Below, one piece after another: positions 25,637 to 35,995 of a DNA stretch of 64,000 nt. Position numbers and translations under genes: made by a program. Each line of letters opens with the position of its first letter. Position 1 is the stretch's first letter. The notes below the pieces were generated by a model, which did no database searches, was not told the DNA's origin, and saw only the letters and a program-made list of their open reading frames with translations. This DNA is from Tricharina praecox (taxonomy: Eukaryota), in the NCBI RefSeq assembly GCF_024521635.1, contig NW_026250415.1:558001-622000 (forward strand). The letters are read 5' to 3'.

Positions 25637-27258
25637 AATGCATGCACCTCCTCGACAGACAGACAGACAGACGGATCGACAGAAAAGCTCGGGGGCATGA
25701 GGGGGTTCTTTTTATTTTTTATTTTTGCGCTTCTCCAACGGTCGCTTCAAACGGTTTTTTTCTTTCCTTTTTTTCCTTTTCTCCTTCGTACTTGAGAGGA
25801 CGGGTCTGCATTCTTTGGGCGTTAAACATGCATTTGGCACGAAGGTTTCTTGTTTTCCTGTTTTCTGAGATGTTTCGGTTTTACTGTTTTTTTGTCTTCC
25901 CTTTCAGTCCATCTTTTGCACACGGCTACATACCGGTAGTTGCCGTTTCGTTTCGTGGCGCACAGCTCGGCCTACATACCTGCCAGCGGGGATTTACAGA
26001 GTAATTGATCGATCGTCGTTCCCCCACCCCCGACCAAATCCAACGGTGTGTGCTCTACGTGTGTTCGTGTGTGCGTTATGTGTGTGTGAGAGTGTGTGTG
26101 AGTGTCTGCGTGCGTAACGCTCGATTCTAACTTACTCTACATCCATTCCATCCGGAGACTCCCGGGCGGTCGGTCGGCCAGCTGGCGATTTCAATTCAAA
26201 GGAACGATAAGGAAGTTTCTTCTTTTTCGTTGCTTTTACTTCTTTTTCTTTTCTTTTGCTTTTATTTTGTTCTGCTTTTGCTTTTGCTTTTCTTCCTTTT
26301 GCTTTTGTTTTGGAACCGACCGCATGGGTTTTTTGTTTTGTTTTGTTTTGCCGCCGTCGACGCCCCGCGACCCCCGCCCCCGCCGCGCCGCGCCCGGTAT
26401 CGATGCGTGCGGACTTCTGCGTGCTGCACACCCGCCCCGTGACATGACGGCGTGGTGGTCGTGGTCGTGACATGACATGACGGCGTGATTGCGGTCGCGG
26501 TCGTGTTTGGAACCCGCACTGATGTTCCGTGCCTTCGACTTCGCGCATCCATCCAGCTATCCAGCGCATCGATATCCACCGGCTGCTATTGCAGTGCCAG
26601 TGTCAGCGTGCACTAACTAGAGTAGCGGATGCGCACGACGTGCATGCACGACCAACGTTGGACAGCATGGGGGGGGGGGGGGGGTGCTGGCCACAAGCAG
26701 CGACCGCACGCCGTTTCGGAGGGTTGTTTGGAGAGTGTGATGAGAGTGTGATGATAAGAGTGTGACAATTCAAGCGCTGGGTTGATTTGGGGGAGTGGGG
26801 GTGGGGAATGCACGCTCACCTGCCATCACTCGGCTTCGAACTCGCTGCCGTGTGTATGTTGGTTACTAGGGTAACTCAGGTAACCAACTCCGGAATCCGG
26901 AGCTGCAGAGATCGGTCCGGCAAGGACGTGCACAAGGACGGCGACGAGGGAGGTTTCGGGACTCGGTTTGCTGGGCCTCAAGTTACTATGTATGTTTGCT
27001 GCCTCGAAACGAAATACATGCCGGTTAATCCCACCGATACTACATGCTCATAATGTATCACTCGCGCCGGCTGATAATCTGGAAATACTGCGCCCCACTC
27101 GCGGAAAAGCGGCTCACGGAGCGCAAGCAATACCGCCGTAGGCAGGGTTCAATGCTCATGGAAAGACACGGTAGAGAGCCGGTATATAATTCAAATACCA
27201 TAACCGTTACAGTACGTACATACTCTACACATATCCCGCAACCTCCCCTCCGTTTCAT

Positions 27259-28964
27259 CTACACCAACCCCAACCCCAGGAGCCTATTCCCGACCTCCAG
27301 AAAGAAATAATCCGCATAGACGAGTCCATGATCCGCCCACCTCCTGGGGGCAAACTCATGATTATTAATCGTAGCATTCAATAATATCGTATCTCCGCCA
27401 CTGCCCAAGTCCACGGCGTCGCTCCCATCATCACGGAACCTCGCCGGCGGTGCGAGCGACATCTTGAGCGTAGCGTCTAGGATCCGCAGCGCGTGCGAGA
27501 GGAACCTCACTTCTGGCGTCGCCTCGTAGATACATAGGAACCCACACACCGCGATCATCGCCGCGGACGTGTCACGGTAAGTGGGACGTGGAGCGTCGAA
27601 ATCCCTAAGGGGCAGGCGTCAGTGCGTGGACGGGAAGGTGGGGAGGGAGGGGGAACTAACCAGTGCGGAACTCCGTCTCCGTCGTCGAGTCTGGAGACAA
27701 AGTATTCGCCGAGATTTATCGCGGCGTCGAGAAACGCTTGCTTGCGGGTCCAGGCGTAGCACTGCGCGAAGCCGAGGATGCCCCAAGCCTGGCCACTGTT
27801 GCGGGTCAGTAACGGTACTAACGGAGGCCGTCTCGGCATGCGGGGGCCGCGAGGAACTTACCGGCTCCAGGTGCTGTCGTCCGCGTAGCCCTGGTTCGTG
27901 AGCTTCTCCTTGACCGCCCCCGTCTCCTGGTCGAAGTTGACGACGTGCACGGTCGACCACTGCGGATGTCGGATGTGGTGCTTCAGTGAGTTCTCGGCGT
28001 GTGTGGTTGCGATGCTGGATAGGCGGAGGTCGCCGGTCTGCGCGGATACCCAGTAGAGGAGGTTTAGATCTGGAGCGATTGCCCATCAGCATCAGATACG
28101 GGATCAAAGGTGCGATGTACGCATGTAAGTACTCAGCATATTGTCGATAATGACCAAGAAATCCGCCTTAGGATCCTCAAAAGCGTAGCGTTTGGTACAG
28201 CACGTGTCCCAGCTACGTATCAACCCAACCCTTGGCTCAAACCTGCTGGCAAGGCTATTCGCCGCGGTAACTAGCGTATCCAGCGAGCGCCTATCCCCGG
28301 TGAGCTCATAATCCTTCTGGAACGGCAGCAATATCATGAATCCCAAGTCATGAGTATCTGTTCTGTGAGCCTGAACATGTAGATTTTCCGACCACCAGCG
28401 ACACGCATAGCGCAGCTTCTCGACATGCAACTTCTCTATGGGAAAATGTCCCGGATACACCTTCGCCCGCTCCAAAAGCAGGTACAGGCTCCCGGGAAAA
28501 AACCCCGACGTCCAGAAGTCCGCTGCGGTGTAGCTGTACGAGCTCGATCCCGGTGGCGTGTACTCCGGCATTTCTGTCGGTGGCGATGCCCGGTCCAGTG
28601 CCCCCCGTGCGACCCCCCAGATCTTCGCTACGGCGCTCGGGGAGAATAGCGCGCTGGTTGCGGATATCCGCTGCGAACGCGCGAGCCGCTCAGAGTCTGT
28701 CTGCTCGGGCTGAGTTGTTTCGCCGCTGGCGAAGAGCAGAGGCGGCGAGGCCGTCGGCGTGGGCATCTGTGCGGCTTCGGATCCCTGGGCATCCCAATCA
28801 GCTAACAGTACCAAGTACCAACGGCATCCAAGCACCCAGATTCGCAATACCATCTCCGCCCCCGCCCGCTCATCCCTCCTCAACCGATGCACTCCGTTCG
28901 CCTTCCGCTTCTTGCTGATGGGGGAGTCGTCACTTGTGCGGAGCATTTCGGCGTGGTTCGTCAT
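27259..28964 (-). CDS. Unsaturated glucuronyl hydrolase, glycoside hydrolase family 88, no signal peptide
   Basis: FWTSGFFPGSLY, THDLGF, IRSWD, VIIDNMLNL, WDFDAP...RDTSAA, YADYFFLE; introns about 28785-28850 (66 nt, in frame), 28069-28132, 27606-27661. Confidence 0.92.
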
Positions 28965-29117
28965 TCGCCAGCGTTAAGGATAGGATACGGTTGGGACTTC
29001 TAGTTGATTATTTGAAATCCCTTCGTTTTCCCAGATTATGTACTTATTATAACTGCTACATACGAGAACGGATGAACGGTACGATGAGCTTTACGGTTTC
29101 CTGATGATGACGGAGCC

Positions 29118-29142
29118 CGGAGGAATCGCCGGAGCGCCTCCG
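29118..29142. promoter_or_regulatory. Candidate Zn2Cys6 binding element upstream of GH88
   Basis: CGGAGGAATCGCCGGAGCGCCTCCG; 22/25 identical to the reverse complement of 34802-34826. Confidence 0.7.
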
Positions 29143-29496
29143 CTCAAGACGGAAAATTAGGCCCCGCTCGGTTGGATGATTACCGGAGTATGTAGAGGCA
29201 TCATCGTACTGCGAATAGAGTAGGCCGGTTCCCCATGGGGATCATTCTTTTGTGGCAAATAATAGGCAACAGGTCAATGTGGTAACTGTCTGTCGAGCCA
29301 AAGTGTGCAGCTTATATAATCACGTATGGAGAAAACGTACGGCAACAGTTCACAGGAAAACCCCACTGAGCTCAGCCCGACAGGGGAGATATGGATGTGT
29401 GGACTGCGGTATGTATGATGGCCAATATGATAGTATTTCACACCTCTCCCCAGCAGAATGTACTGCTTCCTAGTCTAAATGAAAACCTTTAAAACA

Positions 29497-32189
29497 TCAA
29501 AGAGGTCCTCCATTATACATCAACACCCGATCCAATTCCAAGAACTGCGGGTCGGCAAAAAGATTCGATATCTGTGCCATCTGCTCCGCACTCAACCCTG
29601 CCTCCATTTGCACATGTTGCTGGTGCATGCTCCCGGGACTATTGCTGCTCTGCATGAAATTCTCATAGAATGCCGTGTCCGTTTGGAACGCGAGGGGCAT
29701 CGGCGGCGAGGCGAGGGAGAGAGGTTCTGAGGCTGGTATATACTGGTTGTCGAGCTCGAGATAGCCGGAACACCCGTTCATGGTGCCGGTGGTGGTGGTG
29801 TGGTTGGTGTCTGAAGAGTACGCGGGTTGCCGTAGGTCCACGCCGTTGTGTTTTGCTGATGCCTGCGTTTGCGCATTCAACAGGTTGCGTGCAAAGCGGC
29901 TTGCGAGGTTGTCGGATCCGTTTTCGGTGACGTAGACACCTTGCCAGCGGTTTGAAAGCTCAAGGAGAGACTTGACTAGGAGATGGAATTCGGGGAGGAG
30001 CTCGAGGCGATAGTATGTTGAATGAGCTTATATAGGAGGTCAGCGGGTACATATCGGTTGAGGAGTGAAGGATGGGGTACCTAGTAGCGATCTTCCGGCC
30101 ACAAACAGACAGAACGCAAAGTGTGGGTTTGTGATGCCGGCATTGTGGATGAGGTACTGCTGGGTGATGGTTGAAATCTCCGTGGCAGCCGACACACACG
30201 TGTCAACAGAGCTTGCCTGCGGCAGTTTCATGGCGCTGGCTTGCCACTGAGCGGTGGGAAATGCGATGCCTTGGTGCAGAAGGATAACCGAAGTGTTATG
30301 TGTGATGTGAGCCAGTGTGAGATTCGGATCCATTCTGGGTTCCGCATCGCGAACAGTCGCCTCCCGCCATTGCGGGGGCAGTGAGAGTTTCCACTTGACG
30401 AGCGCAAAGTCAAGCTCTTTAAAGCGCATCAGCCAGTGTTGTACATCTTCGATGTTTTGCGGATTGACGGCTTGTTGGAGAAAGAACCGAGTGACTTGGC
30501 TCTATTCTTGTGAGCTCACACGCATATGTAGGGTCCATCGATACGCACCAATGACTCGGTTGCTTCTATGCAATACGCAAATCCTCCTAGTGATGCAACC
30601 TCTTCCGGACTCTGTGCCGTACTATTTGTAGGGGCGTCGAATCTCTGAAGTCCTCCCGGCTGGCTGCTATCTCCAATTCCGAAGTATCGGGTCTTCACTG
30701 GCTTTTCGGCTTCCCAGATAGCGCCTTCACAAGGTAGCCGTCGGCGCGCGTCTGCACTAGTTAGGCCTGGATTCCACCCTGTCGACACACTACAGAAACG
30801 ATCGAGCAGGAAGACATTCCAAAATACACGCCGCCGTTCTTCGGACTCTACCCAGTTCCTCGGTTTTCCAAGGAAGGACAGGCGGTGTATCATGCGATGG
30901 CTTGCGCCATTGGCCGTGCCGTACGACTGGCCTTGCTGCTCTGTAAAATCATCTTCAAAGCTCAGCTGGAGGTGCTCGACTTGTCGAGACATGCAGTCGA
31001 CTATCGCCCAAGATTTCGGGCCCCTTCCGGATCCAATCTTTGGATCATAGTCAGTAAGTAGGCCACTATAAGGGAGTAATTCGCATACCGTGTCAAAAGC
31101 TACGATGATCAAAGCTTGTAAGTTTTCAACCGAGAAATTCTCCATGCATTTCAAGATGACATTCTGCCGGCAGATCTTCGACAGCCGTTCTCGCGTCTCC
31201 TGCTGTTCCAGTCGGGGGTCTGAAGAAAACCTAACCGTGACTACAGTGATGGCACACAGGATGGTAGAAAGCTGGTCTCGTTCCGCGGGGCTGTCGAGTT
31301 TTCGAAGCAAGCATTGCTGGTGTATGACTGGTATCCAGGGGTGTATCGTATTGAAGTATATCGCAACAAGTTGCTGCATCAGATCGAAAGGAGGAAGATC
31401 CGGGTCGTCGAAGAAATTGGTTATCGATCGCTTTCTGGACCGTATGGTGGGATTGTCCCGAACATCGCCTGCTTCGCTAGAGCCGTCCATCCTATTCGGC
31501 GTAGACGGACTACCAGTATTCCCGGAGTGCTGTCTACGAATCTTTTGAGGTACAGGGTTTGCATTATCGATGTCAGCCGAATTTGAGTATGCGTCCATTA
31601 GGTCTCTTTTCAAGCAAGCGACTTCAGCTGTGATTCTCTGCTGTGCCGTGCCGGTAGGTTGTGGCGTGATGACCGCCATGTTCAACGGCGTTAACTGCGT
31701 AGTAGAAGCAAGTAGCTGTCTCATAAGAAGGCTCTGGCCAATAAACATCTTCTCCAGAGCATCTTCAACCGGCGGTCAGTCGGCGTCCAGGCCGGATTCG
31801 CTTCTTCGCGGACTGGAAAAAAAAACAAGCGCACCTAGCCGTTGAGACAACGACTCGACGACTCCTGCCTTCACCCCCGGCTTGGTCTTCGACTCGTCAT
31901 ACTGACACTCAACCCCTAGCACCATTGTTTAGCGGAACTGGGCAGCTACAAACGCCCCATTCTCGAAAGTTCGCACCGAACCGGACGCAGAGAGTGCATG
32001 GCTGTTCTCGGGTGCACTTTGCCTTGCGCTTGCGGCACGACTGGCAGCTAGTTGGCAGCAAGTCAGCGAGGCACAACGCGGCATCCAGGATGTGTTGGTG
32101 TACGCTGGCCCTTCGTCTTCCTGCGGCTCCGAGCCAGTCTCAAGCTCATTTTCCTCGCTCTTGCGTTTTCCCCTCGAACTGCGGGACAT
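29497..32189 (-). CDS. Zn(II)2Cys6 transcription factor with fungal-specific TF middle domain
   Basis: After removing introns 32048-32103 and 31916-31976: ACQSCRKRKAKCTREQPCTLCVRFGVEC (CX2CX6CX5CX2CX6C); YFNTIHPWIPVIH; EERRRVFWNVFLLDRF. Further introns; 3' exons approximate. Confidence 0.9.
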
Positions 32190-32874
32190 GGCTGGTTGGT
32201 TTCGTTTTGGTTGGGTTGGGTTGGAACTTCTTCGTCGCGCGGGAGACTGTGATCGCAGAAGTTTGGACTTTCCTAGTGACAACGTGTATGTACGGCGATG
32301 CAATATGCAGATTGTGGGGGAGATATCCTGGGGTAAAGTGACGCGGCAACTCGGCTGGATGCCGTCGCTTAATTTAGCCGGGATGACTTCATCCAAAAAG
32401 GTTGCCACACGACGATTCTTAGCAAAAGCCAAAAGTAAGAAGTCAGGTATAAGGTATGTGCCTAGAAGGTTGTTCATATCGCTGCACAGCTCTCATTGCG
32501 GATAGCCCTCGAAGTAAAACAGCCAGAAACAGTTCGGAATTAAGGCATTTACGTTGATTCACGCTCGTCGTTTCTATTCAGTGGTTGACAACCAACCCAA
32601 ATCACTAGACAGCATTGAATGGGTAGTTCGAGCTGCTAATTACTCTACTAGGTATATATGCTAACTCACAACCCGCTCATAGCACAGGCGATCACTCTAG
32701 TCTGTGAATGTCCTCTCTTTACTGAATTTCAATATTCTTTGTTTCCCGCTAACTTAACCCGCCAAATTCGTCACCGAAATAAAGCAATTGCAGATCCTCC
32801 AACAAGTTTTCCTCCCACATAGCCCCCATCATAATACCACCCCACCCACCCCAGTCCGTCCGTTCCATACATCC

Positions 32875-34599
32875 TTAAAAAGCATAACGAAAGTCGGGAT
32901 TCTCCTGATCCGTCAAGTCTTCAAACGCATGTGCATGTTCAATCTTCTCCTGCGCCACATCCGTCACGCCCGCATCGCTCCTCTTCGCCGCATTCCGTCT
33001 GGTAAGGATAAACCTCGAGATACAGACCATCGAGATGAAGAATATGTACAGAATCAGGTGGGCGATGAAGCCATGCCTGTAGCGCGGCTTATCGCTGGCC
33101 TGGAAGATCTGGGGGGCGGTCATGTTGCCCGCGGCCCAGGCGCTGTGGACACTGAAATCAGCATCGCATGCGAGTAAAAGGGCGGGGAAAGAACTTACAC
33201 AAACGTGATGGTCAGAGTGACACTCTTCTTCGTCTGCCCGGCGATGTTCCGCGAGATCAGCGAGAAGATCATGTTTCCCTGGGCCAGGAAGAACTGCGTG
33301 CAGTAGAACGCGATCAGTAGCCCGACCTTGTTACTAGCATTCGGCGTGATCTGCATTATCACGACTGTTCCCACGATCGCCGGAACCGTCCACAGCAACA
33401 TGACGGCGCAGGTTTGTTGGTATTTCGTGGCCAGAGTCGCACTGCCGATCATGATCGCGATGGTGATGGCTCCCTGCGCGATGTTCAGCAGCTGTGTTTG
33501 AAGATACGTGAACCCGAACGCCTTGATGATCAGGTTCGAGAACACCCCGAGGCCGCCGATGATGAGCGTACTGCTCGTCTGCAGGAGCACGTAGCACCAC
33601 ACCATCGGATCGGTCAGTGCTTCGACGATCTGGTACTTCTTGTATTTCTTATTCTGGATACCGGTTTCGTTTGCGCGGACCCGCTCGATGAGGAGCTTCT
33701 TGGTGTCTTCGTCGAAGCATTTAGCCTTCATGGGGGAGTCGGGAAGGTAGTAGCCAATGAAGCAAGCCCAGACGCAGGTGAGAAGACCCAAAACGAGGAA
33801 GAGCAGTTGCCACGATCTAATGGGCCCGTCGTTGAAGTGGGAGACTCCGAACGCGATCAGACCTCCCACCATGAGCTGCACGCCAAACATGCAGTACCAT
33901 AAGGACGTCAGGATCTGCTGTTCCTGGCGCGTGTACCACATCGCCGTGAGGATGATGAATGCCGGCTGGACGCAGGACTCGAAGAACCCCAGAAGGAACC
34001 GTACCGCCATCAATGAACCGAAGTTTTGAGCGGCCGCGGAACATGCTACGACTGCGCCCCAGCAGAAAACACTTCATCCCCGAGAATGTTAGCATCATGG
34101 ACAAGAGGGGGGTGCTACCGGTGACAATGACTTACTTGACGGACAGATACTTTGCAATGGGCAGCTTCTGTAGCAGGAAATTGGTCGGATATTCACCCAC
34201 CAGGACGCCCATGTACAGGATCGTTCCCAGCCAGGAAAACTGTTGTCCGACAAGATTCGCATCCTCCTGGATGTTCATGATGGAGGAAAAGCCCAGGGTG
34301 CCTTTGTCGAGAGACTGGCAGAAATAGGTCTACATATCCAATATTAGGCTGGGGGGTCTGAGAATGCGCGCCAGAGAAAGACGGTGTCTTACACCCAACA
34401 TGATCACCAGCACCCTCTTGTTCACTTTCCAGAACAGCTGTTTGTTGAGCTCTTCGCCAATGATGATGTGCTCGACGCCGGCTGTGTAGCGCGCGACATC
34501 CCTGTCGGCCTCGGTATCGACGACGCGATCAATCGTATCATCGGCCGCCTTTTCGCTCGTGCTGTGAACACGGTTCACATCCTCAGTTGGTGGAGGCAT
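32875..34599 (-). CDS. MFS transporter, anion:cation symporter (DAL5/allantoate-permease-like) family
   Basis: QSLDKGTLG, RFLLGFFES, MWYTRQEQ, WQLLFLVLG, LPDSPMKAK, NIAGQTKKS, APQIF, C-terminal FEDLTDQENPDFRY; multi-exon. Confidence 0.92.
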
Positions 34600-34801
34600 G
34601 GCTGACTGTTTGTTCAAGGGTGCGGGGGGCGGGGGTGTGGGGAGGGAATCAGGGGACTGGAGAGCTGCGGATTAGAGCCGAGTTGGCCCAACAGCAGGAT
34701 AAGCATTTAGTATCTATATAAATCCGGGGACGGTTCAAATGGTACGGAAGATCATATTCCAGCCTTCAATTGCAGCCCTACGTGTGGGGTAATGGGCTGT
34801 T

Positions 34802-34826
34802 CGGAGACGCTCCGACGATTGCTCCG
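34802..34826. promoter_or_regulatory. Candidate Zn2Cys6 binding element upstream of the MFS transporter
   Basis: Minus strand reads CGGAGCAATCGTCGGAGCGTCTCCG, matching 29118-29142. Confidence 0.7.
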
Positions 34827-35759
34827 CTGGCCGCTCTACAGCATATCACTCGCCCCGGCACAACAATCGACGTCAGATGGATCGTAAAACGGACCCCATG
34901 AATTTACAGCTCACGTACATTAATGCTGGCAAGGATTCTCTGCTTGTGTAGGGTTCGCTTCTGAAGCGCACAGGCGGGGTGTTTTGTCATGTGTTTCTGA
35001 ACAGACATGCACTCGGGGGGCACCCCTCATGACTGTGGTCCAATCATCACAATACCGACCGGTCAAAAGATTGGATGAACATAAGCTCTCCAATATTCCA
35101 GCGCGGGGGCCAAATTCGCTTCAGCTCCCGACAACAGCCCGCCTCCGGCCCTAACGAAATCGACATGCACATGTAGAGTGCCAGTACCAACCAAAGGCTC
35201 CTGGCAACTGTCAGTTAATGCCGCCGTATGAACCAATCACTACCCAATACCCAAAAATTCGAATCACACTCATACATCTCTTATTCGCCCAAGAGTCAAA
35301 TTTTTCAATAGTCTACTTCCACCGCTACTCGAGCGCCGCACAACTTTATCCTCCTGAAACAACTTTGCGACACAACACCCGACCAAGCAGCAGCGATGTC
35401 CGAAGTACCCACCGGCTGCGAGGTAGCCTCCAAGCCACTCAGAGCACTTGAGAAGCCCCGCGCCCACCTCCAAAGTAAAGAGCTCAAGACTTTCTTACAC
35501 ATCCACAACTACAGAATCTTGCCCCCATAGAAATCGTTAGGTACATACTTTATACGTTGCGTGGAATCCAAAGAATCACAATATTACCGGAGGATCAACC
35601 GACAAAGCAGCGGGACATCCGGTGAAGTTGAAGGACGGCTTCATTACCAGAAATTATTATATCTGCTGGAGGAAAGGGCATCCGCTGCTGGCCACGATGA
35701 CGGGACAATGATGACTCCGCTCGATGCCGACTCATTCAAACACTTGTGCAGCATGCCAT

Positions 35760-35995
35760 TGAAGTCAAGTGAGTATGACGGATGGAGCCATCAAGCCTTG
35801 AATCTCGAGACTCAGCCGTTGAGGATGTGGTAGGGTCTGGTAAAATAAGCGGGCTCACTACTAGTAAGTATCCTCGATTATCTGTCATGGCCTGGGAAAT
35901 ACTTGGAATTGACGCCATGTCTGCTGAGACTCCCGAGCAGGTCTTCAATCCCTAGCACCAGGATGACTAGATGTCATTGACCGCCGATAGAGTAT
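35760..35995 (+). mobile_element. hAT-superfamily transposase relic (C-terminal dimerisation domain)
   Basis: 35866-35946 translates KYPRLSVMAWEILGIDAMSAETPEQVF, matching the hAT pattern (R/K)YPxLSxMAxxILxIPAMSAExERVFS; preceded by SEYD...QPLRMW* (TGG TAG at the usual WW) and followed by DRR*; stops and frameshifts present. Confidence 0.72.

Noticed and set aside
14851-34599. Secondary-metabolite cluster including the P450
   Set aside because: No PKS, NRPS or terpene backbone gene; the P450 is over 10 kb from the GH88 module and lacks the full shared element.
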